From Podarcis tiliguerta (lineage: Eukaryota), in NCBI GenBank assembly GCA_965153285.1, contig OZ229111.1: DNA of 64,000 bases; one strand, given 5' to 3'. Positions 24,236 through 35,893 of this stretch are shown here, in pieces. How positions within the stretch are numbered: position 1 is the stretch's first letter; each line of letters begins with the position of its first letter. Both the position numbers and the translations under genes were made by a program. The notes under the pieces were generated by a model. That model was not told where the DNA came from. It did no database searches and saw nothing but the letters and a program-made list of their open reading frames with translations.

Positions 24236-25887
24236 GTGTTGATAATACCCCACCCATCTGGTCGGGTTTCCCCAGCCACTCTGGGCAGCTTACAGCATAT
24301 ACAAAAACATAATAAAAGATGAAACATTAAACATTAAAAACCTCCCAATACAGGGCTGTCTTCATGTAGCTCTCCCGGTCTGTCTGTCTGACCATCTACG
24401 TTGAAGCCAGTTGGGATTTACTGGAACTTACTGGTAGATCCTGCTAGTAAATGCTCAATGGTCATTTTGTGTGTTGACTCGGTATGTCTATGTCTGTCTC
24501 ACTTCCTAGTCTCATTTTTAATTCACCTAAAGGTATATCAGCTTGCATTGTGCATAAAGGTAATTGCAGAGAGAAATGATTAACCAATATAAGTATTACA
24601 ACGTCAAAACTAGATATTTTTTACAAGCCTGACATTTACAGTATTTGTGTTGACTTAAGTATTTTGATTGCCTTTGCTGATTAATTCTTTTAAGTACAAG
24701 CAGGAGGAAAGAGCCATGATCACGCGCTGGCATCCTTTCCTGCTGATCTAGAGTTATGTTTAGTGTTATTAAATATATTTTGGATAATGTTTTAAGAGGA
24801 TTTTGGACTGCAAAGAAAATGTAAAGTAATCTTCAAGCTGTTCTGGGGAAGAAAAAGCTCTTTTTTGATACATGTTTTTGTTTGGCTGGAGATACAAGCC
24901 TCCATGTATAATTCAGAATAAGAATATATTCACCGAATCTGGCACACGGCACCGTGGAGGCCAATATGCCAATGAAATTGTTGTCAGGGAGTACAGAACA
25001 CATTCCCGTCTTTAAAAGATAAGGCCGGATGTAGCCTTCCAGCTTAGACTGAAGTACATGCTTTAGAGTGCCAGAGATGTAAATCCTTTAGAGTTTAGAC
25101 CTCATTTATGCATTATGCTTTCTATGATCCAGCATTCTGCAGCAATTCTGGGATTTTGAGACAGGAAGCCCTTTCCATGTTTTGTTCACTCCACTGGATA
25201 TAATATCTTAGGCTGGGAAACATTTGTACTTTTTCCTCCTTTATCATTTGTGAAACATCATCTCATGTTCACACCCCCCCCCCATTAACCATAAGTATTA
25301 TAGCAAAAGTAGGGGGGATGTCCATCACAAAAGGATTCCCTGTCAACCTGTGATCCCTAAAGGTGACAATGCCCAACCATTTCTTTCTCCGATCCCTTAG
25401 TGGGGAATTTAACATAAAAATGAAGGCATAGAAGCATTTGTGTTTGCAGTGTATATCCAAAATCCATTACATATTAGATTTCCATGACTGTCCGTCAAAG
25501 TGTGACAAAGAATGAAATGCAGTGTGTTAAAAGTAGAGGAGGGGGCTGGGAGGGGCATAGGACACGGTTTGTTGCCTAACAGCCCAGTAGCAATTATCCC
25601 TTAAGGTTTAGGCTCTTATGGGTATGTTTCTTGCATGGCCATGGCATTCCAGAGCTAGTCATTTTGCAAGATTTATGTCAGGTAACAATGTCTGCAGGGG
25701 AATGTCCTTTGAATGTAAGTGAAAGCATTATCCCAGCTGCTGTAGGCAATCATGAGAAGCTGTTGTTTTGGTGTGTTGACTGAAAGATAGATGTAGTGAT
25801 TAATTGTTCAGCTGCAGTGAATCACATCTGTGCGACAGAATAAAAAGAAGGTAGAAAGTGGAGGAAAGCTAAAAGTGTATTTCTGTG

Positions 25888-26460
25888 CAATGTAGTGGCT
25901 AAGCTATGAAGTACCCTATTTGAACTGTGCCTCGGCCGTGAACTTGCTAGGTGACCTTAGGCAAATCACTGTCTCTCAGCCTCAGTCCCACCTTCTGCAA
26001 TATAAAAAAGGGACCCCTGACCATTAGGTCCAGTCGTGACCGACTCTGGGGTTGCGGCGCTCATCTCGCTTTATTGGCGGAGGGAGCCAGCGTACAGTTT
26101 CCGGGTCATGTGGCCAGCATGACTAAGCCGCTTCCGGCGAAACAGAGCAGCGCATGGAAACGCCGTTTACCTTCCTGCCAGAGCGGTACCTATTTATCTA
26201 CTTGCACTTTGAGGTGCTTTCGAACTGCTAGGTGGGCAGGAGCAGGGACCAAGCAACGGGAGCTCACCCCGTCGCAGGGATTCGAACCGTCAACCTTCTG
26301 ATCGGCAAGTCCTAGGCTCTGTGGTTTAACCCACAGCGCCACCTGCGTCCCTTATTCTGTGTTCCATATTCTGCAATATGGAAGACAGCAATGCTGACTT
26401 TCCTTATGGGCTTGTTGTACGGATCACAACTAGATTACATGTGAAAGCACTTGGAACAGT
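25888..26460 (+). mobile_element. MIR/CORE-like SINE interrupted by a Sauria SINE
   Basis: 5' half (gtgaccttaggcaa..ctctcagcctcag) and 3' half (gggcttgttgtacggat..catgtgaaagcactt) lie on either side of the insert. Confidence 0.6.
26007..26351 (-). mobile_element. Sauria SINE, full length
   Basis: Reverse complement runs GGGACGCAGGTGGCGCTGTGGGTTAAACCAC...GGTCAGGGGTCCCTTT; TSD ttctgcaatat. Confidence 0.92.
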
Positions 26461-26608
26461 TGAAATATTTTTAAAATATCAGGGAGGTTTTAGTAGTAGT
26501 GGGTTGCTAGATAGAACTACCAGGTTAACACAATCCTTTTCAGATTGTACAGCATATACTTAATTTCACATGGTTGTACCTCAGGGCCCAGCTAATGTTT
26601 TTGGGAAT

Positions 26609-26765
26609 ACCTGGATAGCTCAGTTGGTTAGAGCATGGTGCTGATAACACCAAGGTTGCAGGTTCGATCCCCATACGGGACAGCTGCATTTTTCTGCATT
26701 GCAGGGGCCTGGATAGAGACCTCAAGGTCTCTATCAACTCTACCACTCTATTATTCTTTCATTCT
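26609..26765 (+). mobile_element. tRNA-Ile-derived SINE with a CR1-type 3' tail
   Basis: TAGCTCAGTTGGTTAGAGC (A box), GAT anticodon loop, GGTTCGATCCC (B box), then ctgcattgcagggg..caactct..attct CR1-like tail. Confidence 0.8.
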
Positions 26766-27399
26766 GGTCCTGCAGAATTTCTAAAGCTAAGTAATCGAGA
26801 TTGGAGTCCTATATGAGAAAAGGATTTAATAAAAATCATGTTTAAAACAGGCTTTGAGTTCAAATGTTTCCCTGGTTCTGATTCAGTTAGAGTTCTGTTG
26901 TTTTTCATGTTTTCTTCAGCGCATATGCTATGGGGCAGCTTTATGGTCTGGAGCACTGATCCCTGGATTATGGTTTGGTTGCACACTGTATGTATACTGT
27001 TGGACTCAGTGTAGTCTACTTACTCATTCTTCCAACTAGCTTTTCTCTTACATTCATCTGGACAGAAAAATCTTCTGCACTTCATGGTTTTGTCTGCAGG
27101 ATGAACAAAGAACTAAAAGATCAGAAAAAGAGGAGTGAGAGGATGCCACAAGTATGCATGAGTGTGTGTTATATTGGAAAGCTTGGTTTTGGACTGTGTC
27201 TAGTTAGTGCCTTTCCTTTTTTAAAAAGATTGTTTTACGTTTTGACTGTGCAGAATGAGCAAAGTGGCAAAGCCAGCAGGAGTTGTATCTTTTTAAAAAC
27301 TCTCTATGGGCACTTTGTGTGGACATCTTTTGTTTCTATATCCACTTTAGTGTTTGGATACTTGGTTTGGTGCTGCAGTATTCATAGTATTCATGTTTA

Positions 27400-27436
27400 G
27401 TTGTGTTGTGTTGTGTTGTGTTGTGTTGTGTTGTGT
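27400..27436 (+). repeat. (GTTGT)n pentanucleotide microsatellite
   Basis: Seen directly. Confidence 0.92.
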
Positions 27437-27611
27437 TTTGCAACTAGACATACTGGATAATGTCCATCTAGACACACACATAGTAGGCAACAGAAGCAGA
27501 AGGCCTGCCAACCCTCTTGAGCAAATATGGGCACAGCTATTGTTGGCATGGGGGGCATTTGGGGGTAGTGTATTGACACAGTTTTGTAATATGACTCTTC
27601 AAACATATGGG

Positions 27612-27790
27612 AACATAGGAAGCTGCTGTATATTGAGTCAGACCAGTGATCCACCTTGTTTAGCATTGTCTACACTGATTGGCAGTGGCTCTTCAGGTTT
27701 CAGGCAGAAGTCTTTCCCAGCCCTATCTAGAGATGCTGGGGATTGAACCTGGGACCTCAGCTGTTCCATCACAGAGCTATGGCCCTTCCC
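27612..27790 (-). mobile_element. tRNA-derived SINE (Squam3-like)
   Basis: Similarity to the 1621 copy. Confidence 0.75.
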
Positions 27791-27796
27791 CTAGGA

Positions 27797-27932
27797 CAGG
27801 CACAGGCAAACTCAGCCCTCCAGATGTTTTGTGACTACAACAACCATCATCCCTAGCTAACAGGACCAGTGGTCAGGGATGATGGGAGTTGTAGTCCCAA
27901 AACATCTGGAGGGCCGAGTTTGCCTTTGCCTG
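27797..27932. mobile_element. Palindromic hAT MITE
   Basis: CAGGCA..AGGCAAACTC / GAGTTTGCCT..TGCCTG TIRs; perfect 8-bp TSD ccctagga. Confidence 0.9.
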
Positions 27933-28058
27933 CCCTAGGATGTTGGGGATTAAAGTAAGATGTCCAGAAGGAAAGAAGCCTATGCTGTTGGGCTCCATCT
28001 CCATGTATACTATTCAGCCAGTGCAAACCCAATGAATGACTGTTGAAGCAGTGGTTTT

Positions 28059-28365
28059 AGGAGTGCACGTAATCTCCAGGCCATTGAAGAAGGACCTACA
28101 GTTTGTACAGGGAGGCTTGCATGGGGCCTTTGTTACATATTTTTAGGCTTCAGGTGAAAAAGTTTCTCTTCAGCCAAGCATTTGGCTGATTAACATTCTA
28201 TGGCTTTTTAAATGCATTTGTTGGAGGTGGGTTATTGGTTTTGTTTGGTTTTTGTTTTATTGTGTATTTTGTATTCTCATTTTTTATTTTTCTGTTGGGA
28301 GCCTCCCTGGGATCTTTGGATGAAGGGCTGTATACAAAATTAATAAATATTAATAAAATAATAAT
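28059..28365 (+). mobile_element. L2-like LINE 3' end with (TAA) tail
   Basis: Similarity to the 24046 copy; T-rich 3' UTR, gatgaagggctgtatac, A/T-rich tail. Confidence 0.65.
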
Positions 28366-29944
28366 TTGTATTGTGGGGACTTTTGCTAGGCCAATTTTTA
28401 CTGGGAACATTAAGGAGCTCTGGGGGGTGGGAATCTTGAATGAAATTTCTCTTGACCATCCTATGGGAGTAATCATGTGATGTGCTAATCATTGTCATTG
28501 TAAAGGTATGTTAGATCAAGTAATGAACATGTATTAACATCAGGTTTAGATTTGGTGGATAATACATTTTTAAATTCCCAATAATGTTCATTCATAACTT
28601 TCCTACATAATCAGAATGTTTGGGCAGCTGAAATCAGACCACTGGATCTTCCAGCTCTCCTGTTTTTGTTTTAAGAATTCTTTCTTAAGGCCATAGATAG
28701 ATGAATATAAACAATATCCTTTGCTAGCCTGCAGGTACTAGAATTAAGGAGTTGTAACTTAGAACTGTGATCACCTCATTAATGATAGTATAATTGACCA
28801 TCACCATCCAACTCTTGACAGTACATAAGTTAACTAGTATTAATTTAAACTCCATGTAATAATGGTGCCAGTGGGATGCTTATTGTAGAGATAGAAATAA
28901 CCACATTAGTAAAAGAGCAACTGCTCAGTATTTTACTGCATTAATGTCAATGCCCATTTAAATCAGTATACTGAGGTTTTCAAAAGGGAAGATGGTGACT
29001 CTTTAACCTGTGTAATAATGTACTACTGAAAAACCCCACTAGTAGAATTTTAGGGAAGAGTAAGATCTTGTGACCAAACAAAATGTTCTAAACACCACTT
29101 TGTTTTAGATTGTGCCCTTCAGTGATGAATCTATCATCTTATACTTGAGCTTAAGTAGGTATGCGCCACCCTCAGATTTGTGTTTCAGCATCACAAGGTT
29201 CATATTTTTTCTTCCCTGCTGAGGGAGGAAATATGCACCTGATAATGAAAGCCCTTTGTTACCTGCCCTCTTCTGTGTGCAGAGAGGACTTTAATTGCTC
29301 ACCGATGTTGGCAGTTCATACCACCTTCATAGCAAGCTTGCCACCATTCTGTTTTTACTGGTATGTCATGATTCCTTAAAAGAGGGAGATGCCATTGATG
29401 CTGATGTATGTTCAGTATTCCCCCCCCCCCCCCACAGATATCATATTGAGAGTACAAATTAATGTTCAATGTTATCACCAGAGTTTTTCACTGCAGGGTC
29501 TGTTTTCCTCAGGCAGGCAGAATACTGGTGGAATCTGGTGGAAGTAGTAGCCAGTTTCTGGAGAAATAAGTGGCCACTTACCTAATTGGCATCAGTATTA
29601 AAGAGAGCCCAAAATAACCATTCATTGGAAGCAGCAAGCCCCACCCCCATCCTCAGCAAGAGTTAAGCCTGCTTATACATACAGCTTGGCTTCAGTCATT
29701 TTCTCCTACTTTGCAGCTGTCTGCAACAAGCAGCTTTAGTTACCTAACAATGTAGTTATTCTCTTGAATCTTTGTCTCTCCCACCCGCTTTGTTTGACCC
29801 CCACCCTTCTTGCATTTTCAATCAGGAATAAAGAATGGTTACTATTTACCTACCTGGTGTTTAGCATCCTGCAGAACTCACTGGAGAGAGTTCAAAGCAA
29901 AGTCAGCTTCCTTCCTTTCTCTTCTCTCTACCTATTGTCACTTT

Positions 29945-30313
29945 AAAGGTAAAGGTAAAGGTACCCCTGCCCGTACGGGCCAGTCGTGTCCGACTCTAGG
30001 GTTGTGCGCCCATCTCACTTAAGAGGCCGGGGGCCAGCGCTGTCCGGAGACACTTCCGGGTCACGTGGCCAGCGTGGCAAAGCTGCTCTGGCGAGCCAGC
30101 ACCAGTGCAGCACACGGAAACGCCGTTTACCTTCCCGCTATAAAGCGGTACCTATTTATCTACTTGCACTTAGGGGTGCTTTCAAACTGCTAGGTGGGCA
30201 GGAGCTGGGACCGAAAGACAGAAGCTCACCCCGCCGCAGGGATTCGAACCGCCGACCATACGATCCGCAAGCCCTAGGCACTGAGGTTTTACCCACAGCG
30301 CCACCCGCGTCCC
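29945..30313 (-). mobile_element. Sauria SINE, distinct subfamily
   Basis: (AAAGGT)3 tail, shared core, diagnostic differences from the other three copies. Confidence 0.9.
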
Positions 30314-32531
30314 TTTAGTCTTTCATATAAATGTATGTATGTACGTTTGTGTGTGTTCATTCATCCTCTTTTTCTGGCCTTAATATGTCATCCCCAATGC
30401 TTAAACTGGCATGCAAGTGCACAATGTTTCAAGAAGCAGTTGCTAATGAGCCTTATTAGCACTAAAAGCCAGCCTGCTTGATTCTCATCTAATTGGCATC
30501 CAATATGAAACGTGGGGAAATCTCACTTTCAAAGGGAATTATTCTCTTATCAGGAGAGTTGGGCTATGTCATTTCCTTATTATCAGACACAGCAAAATGC
30601 TGGGAAACATTCATTTATACTGGAAATGAATAAAAGGGGTTGAATCAGGGGCGCCATCTGTGTGGGGGAGTTTAACCTGTTTCCTACCATGCCAACACCA
30701 GTCATTAAGAATCAAACCTTCTCCTAGCAACATTGGGCCATCCTAACTTATGTTTCTTGGTCACAGTATGAAAGGATTTTAGGTCCATCCCTGTGTATTA
30801 GGCCAAAACACATGCTATCAGGTTTAGTTCAGTCTCTAGAAGATTGTATGCTGCTTCTGTGTCCTTGATCCTGAAGTTCCTCTCCATATTTTGTCATTTC
30901 TTTCCTGTATGCCTTTCTCCTCCTCCTGGAGTTTATCCAAGACACAACCCTGCCATGATTTGACATTTGTGTTTTTGCAGCCATTGCTTCAACTTCACTC
31001 TGTAAATTAGCATTTTGTTAACATTGGCTCGTCCTGCTTTTGAGATGATTTTCGTCTGGCAATAGGTCCCAGCTTAACAGTTTCATCTCATAGCTACAGC
31101 ACCATGCTTTTCAACCTAGTGGCCTTTAGGGGACCAAACATGAGTCTGAAGACTTTTTATTAGTGACTTGTGCCCTTTTCTTATTTCCTCCACATTTTTC
31201 TACACAGTAGAACATTTGGAATAATTAGCATTGAGGAACATGCTGTAGAAAGGTTACGTTTGGATTGGTCATATCACTTGATATTTCACAAAGGGTCTGT
31301 GAACAGAAATCTGGAATCCTGCGGTTTAGGAAGAATGCTCACTGCTCATACCATTGCGGGTTTGATATGACATAAACAACTAAATTCTACAGCCTTGTTG
31401 TGAGCATACTAAATAGAGTACTTTATAGTTGTCAAAATATTGGCAAGTTTTTGTCTAATAAGTTAAATCATGGTTCATTGGGCACAAGCTGCATTCACTG
31501 TTGGCTGTAATTGTCATTGGCTCACCCAAGCTGAGTTAGGTACTTCTTCCTCCTTGCAGAAAGCCCATTACTAGAAGCCAAGGAAGAATGGAACACTCGA
31601 GATAAATGTTAAAGGCCAGTAAGTAAGGGCAGAGCAAATGCTCTTAGAGCGTGGAAGCCAACATGATGCCCTCAAGATGCTTCTAGGCTACAAGTCCCAG
31701 CAGCTGCAGCCAGCAGGGCCAGTAGCCAGGGATGATGGGAGCTGTAGTCCAACAATATCAGGAGGACATTGTGTTGGTCATCCCTGTCTTAGAGTTTTAA
31801 TCAACACTGTTGTCATACTGCTGCAACAGTAATGGCTAGAAAACTGCTGGAAGCCAAATTCTACCATTCATGGCACAATTGCTTTCATGCAATAAACTGA
31901 ATCCCTGTGTCTGTCCTTAGGGCTTAGACCAGAACATCTGCAAGATCTGTGTTATGGTGAGAGGCGTATGCAGAGGGGAGCAACATCTGCGTATCACTGA
32001 TGCACGTGCATCTTCCAGACAGCTTTTCCTGAGTTTTCAGAACAGACCAAGTTTCTTTAAGCAGTTTTGTGACATATCCATCTCAAATTGCCTCATCAGA
32101 TACAGAGAACAGAGAAGAATGCCAATGCCAAATGAGCCACCTGGTTCCCAAGGTAGCTGCTGAAAGGGAAAGTTTAAAGTCACTCCCTTTCTCCCCATGG
32201 CTGTGTTTAGCATAAAAGTCAAAGGAAGCATAAAAGAAACAGGAAGACCCCGAATTTTGTCAGTTACAAAATAAGTATAGTTATGTAGTCTGGGAGATGT
32301 CACTTCTTTCTACACCTGGCTTGCAGATGGCTGTACTCCCAGTACATTGCTTAGGCGGAATGAGCCAAAGCTGAGTTGTTATCTGTATAACTGGCTTCCT
32401 GATTATTGCTTTCAAGGACTCTCTGTACACGTGCAATTGATGAACTAAATGGAAATCATTCAAAGACTAAAAATAAATTATCTTCAGCTTATTGCTCTCT
32501 CTCCCCCCACCCCATCTGTCTTGTTTTTCAG

Positions 32532-32606
32532 TCATGCCAAGCCGACCTTGTGAAGGACAATGGTCACAAATATTTCCTTTCTGTTTTGGCAGATCCCTAC
32601 ATGCCG
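32532..32606 (+). CDS. RPTOR: RPTOR exon (~14), 75 nt: SCQADLVKDNGHKYFLSVLADPYMP
   Basis: tttcag|TCATGC...ATGCCG|gtaagg. Confidence 0.97.
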
Positions 32607-32814
32607 GTAAGGTCAAATAATCAGTCTTCACCACCATCCCACCTCTCTGATTAGAACTTACGCTGGTTCACGTGCTCCACTTATGAGGCAGCCATGCTGT
32701 TGATTTTGTAGATGGTTAGAAGTTACACAAAGTTGTAACATGCAACTGTCCTGTTGATGAGTAGCATGGAGAAAATGGTTAGAGGACACTTTCTCCCTCT
32801 TCCTTAAAGGAATG

Positions 32815-33145
32815 AAATGGTTTGGCAGTATATTCAGGACAGACAAAAGGAAGTTATTTCTTCACACACTGCATTTGTGGACTTCATTTCCAAAGGCTTA
32901 GATTACTTTCAAAGGGGTTTAGATAAATTCATGGTCCATCAGTGGCTATTAACCATAATGACTAAATGAAACCTCCATGTTCAGAGGAGGTACGTCACTG
33001 AATACCAGTTATTGGTGGGGTGGGCATTATCTTCATTCACTGCTTTTTGGCTTCCCAGGGGAGGTCAGGTTGGCCACTGTTGGGAAATGAGAACCTGGGC
33101 TAGATAGACCTTTGATGTGGTCGAACAGGGCTACTCTTACGTTAT
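32815..33145 (+). mobile_element. Degenerate CR1 3' end
   Basis: aggacagacaaaaggaag..ttcttcacaca..ttcaaaggggtttagataaattcatgg..gggctagatagacc. Confidence 0.6.
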
Positions 33146-33896
33146 TACAAGGTGGGGCACATAAATCAAAGAAGAATCTTAAATTGCACACCTTTTTCTT
33201 TTGCTCAGTATTAATTTCTTCTTGTGAAAGAAACCACAATAAATGAACTAAAGGGGTTATTTATTGTCAATAAATGTATTTTAAGCCTGTTAAAGAAAAA
33301 TAATGTTGCAGTAAGGGCCCTGGTAGGTTTTTTTGTATTTTTTAAAAACTTCACTACTGTTGCTAGCATGAATCAGTCGGGCACTGTTCTCTTCTCTATT
33401 ATTATTTTTGTAATTTTGCACTTAAGGGAAAATAAAATGTCATACAAAATAATTTCCAGTCTTCCCACACTGCATGTGAAATGTACTGTCTTTGGGAAAT
33501 GTTTATATTGTTCTTTAAATGTATTGGAAGCACAGAGGGTATTTGACACATGGAGAGGTAGAGATGACAGAAAATTTTCAGAATTCTTTTAGAGAAGGAT
33601 GCAAATCCTGTGCAACCTTTTTATTTTGTCTGAAACGTGTCTGTCTATTTGTTGTGGCAGACGTGTTTTGTAATTTAAAGTTAAAAGCACTTTCCACCTT
33701 TGTATCCTTAGAAAGCTTGAACCCACAGTTAAATGAATTTACATGCTTCTATTTGAAAGGGCAGTCATACAAGCAAATGAGATTAAGTCATTTTCATGGC
33801 CATTTTCATTATTTCATTTAATTTGGATTGTTAAGTTAGGGAGACCTTTGAGAACCCTCAGTGTCAAAAGAGGCAAGTTCCAGCAAGAAGGATTTT

Positions 33897-33898
<2 letters not shown>

Positions 33899-33941
<43 letters not shown>
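33899..33941 (+). repeat. (AAT)n microsatellite ~70 nt upstream of an exon acceptor
   Basis: Seen directly. Confidence 0.95.
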
Positions 33942-34012
33942 TCTTTACCTTGAAATATTCAAGGTAATATTATTATTTTATCTAATCCTCAATCTTTCGT
34001 GTGTGTTTTCAG

Positions 34013-34078
34013 GCTGAACATAGAACGATGACAGCTTTTATTCTGGCAGTGATTGTCAACAACTACAATACCGGGCAG
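34013..34078 (+). CDS. RPTOR: RPTOR exon (~15), 66 nt: AEHRTMTAFILAVIVNNYNTGQ
   Basis: tttcag|GCTGAA...GGGCAG|gtgagt. Confidence 0.97.
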
Positions 34079-34258
34079 GTGAGTAAAAGTTGAGGAATGG
34101 TGTGGATGGCTCTACATCTGACCTCCTTAATAATCTTGAATAAAAATGTTAGGGGCCTTACCCCATGCATCTATGCTGCTCTAAAAGAGTTGTTTTCCTT
34201 AGAATTGTTTTATCGGCAAATAACGCGTTAAAATATCATGCTCTGCCCTTTGTTATAG

Positions 34259-34450
34259 GAAGCCTGTCTTCAAGGGAACTTGATTGCCATTTGCCTGGAG
34301 CAGCTCAATGATCCACATCCTCTTCTGCGCCAGTGGGTGGCTATTTGCTTGGGGCGAATTTGGCAGAATTTTGACTCTGCAAGGTGGTGCGGTGTGAGGG
34401 ACAGTGCCCATGAAAAGCTCTACAGCCTTCTCTCTGATCCAATCCCAGAG
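34259..34450 (+). CDS. RPTOR: RPTOR exon (~16), 192 nt: EACLQGNLIAICLEQLNDPHPLLRQWVAICLGRIWQNFDSARWCGVRDSAHEKLYSLLSDPIPE
   Basis: ttatag|GAAGCC...CCAGAG|gtaata; overlaps ORF 34280..34495. Confidence 0.98.
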
Positions 34451-35430
34451 GTAATACAGCATCCAGTGGAGAGAGTGGTTCATGTGCTTGCCTAAGCTAC
34501 CCAAAACAACCTCCCTATATTACTTGATCTGATCAGGGTACACAACACTAAACTTTGAAAGTATTCTTTCATTTTTTTAAAACAAATTATTGATGAAAGT
34601 ATTTCTGTACCACCATGTAACATATGTGGGCAAGTGTACAGCAATTAAATATAAAACACCTTTTAAAACAATTCAAATAACCATTAAAGTGGCTGGCTAA
34701 TGAAACAGCTGCAAATGCTGTTTAATTTATGAAGATCTTAACTAATAAGGCATGAACATGATTAAAAGAAATCTTAGTCAATTAATTTCATGAGTTTTGA
34801 GTGATTTATCTAGTAATTAATTCTATATATGGGTAAAAATAGTAATTCTGAAGGAAGCTTTCTTCATTGTAGCATATGTCATATTTTAATATATGTTCCC
34901 TTCTATGTAAGAGAAAAGACAGAATGCCTCTTTTAGAAGAACACTCACCACTTGTAGTTTTTATGAATACTTGTATTAGGCAACATCCAGTGATGTCTGC
35001 CTTCTTATGCAATGGAAATCTGTTGGTGCAATAGAACCTCTGGTCTTTGTCTCCCTGTACATGCCCACAATCCACTCCAGAGGATTTCTCAGTTTTCTGG
35101 AGCTGATTTTGCAGATTGGGGGGATTGTAAGAGAAGGAGAAGCCCATGAATACCTGCCCAGTTAATTTATTTGATTAAAGCTTATACTAACTTATTACTC
35201 TATTAACTATTGCAGCTTTCAGCTGATGTGTTGAGGGTCTACTGGCCATGTGAAAAAAACATAGTTCTCATATGTCTGCATTTACTTACTAGATGTGTCC
35301 TTAATGTTGGGAGTCCTTTCCAATAGGATGGATATGTTATCTTATGACATCTTTGCATTAAAACATGCAAGTGACAAAGTGTATGCTAAGAGTTTAAGTT
35401 GGACAGAGATTATTTATGTTTCTTTTTCAG

Positions 35431-35571
35431 GTTCGCTGTGCTGCAGTCTTTGCCCTTGGCACCTTTGTAGGCAATTCGGCTGAGCGGACAGATCATTCTA
35501 CCACTATTGATCACAACGTTGCCATGATGCTGGCTCAGCTCATCAACGATGGAAGTCCCATGGTCCGAAAG
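35431..35571 (+). CDS. RPTOR: RPTOR exon (~17), 141 nt: VRCAAVFALGTFVGNSAERTDHSTTIDHNVAMMLAQLINDGSPMVRK
   Basis: tttcag|GTTCGC...CGAAAG|gtatag. Confidence 0.97.
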
Positions 35572-35696
35572 GTATAGCATGGGGTTGGGAGGGGTAGGTG
35601 CTAGAGCCCCTGTGTGAGTGCTCAGCTTGTTAGTCCTGTCTGCACGGACTTTTATAGTTCATTGCAGCTGTTCAAAACTTTGATTTACTGAAAACA

Positions 35697-35893
35697 GGGA
35701 AAACCCATAGCTCAGTGATAATGCACATCCTTTGCATGCAGAATGTTCCAGTTTTAACCTCCAGCCTATTCCAATTAGCAGAGCTGTGGGTCTCACTGCC
35801 TGAGACCTCAGAGAACCTCTGACAATCAGAGTAAACGATACTGGACGAAATGGACCAATGATCAGATTCCTTATTCAGCAGCTTCATCCTATG
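35697..35893 (+). mobile_element. tRNA-derived SINE (Squam3-like)
   Basis: ccatagctcagtg..tttgcatgcagaa..gatggaccaatg-like body. Confidence 0.65.

Noticed and set aside
26609-26682. Functional tRNA-Ile gene
   Set aside because: Acceptor and T stems do not pair, the GAT anticodon is atypical for eukaryotes, and it is fused to a LINE-like tail.
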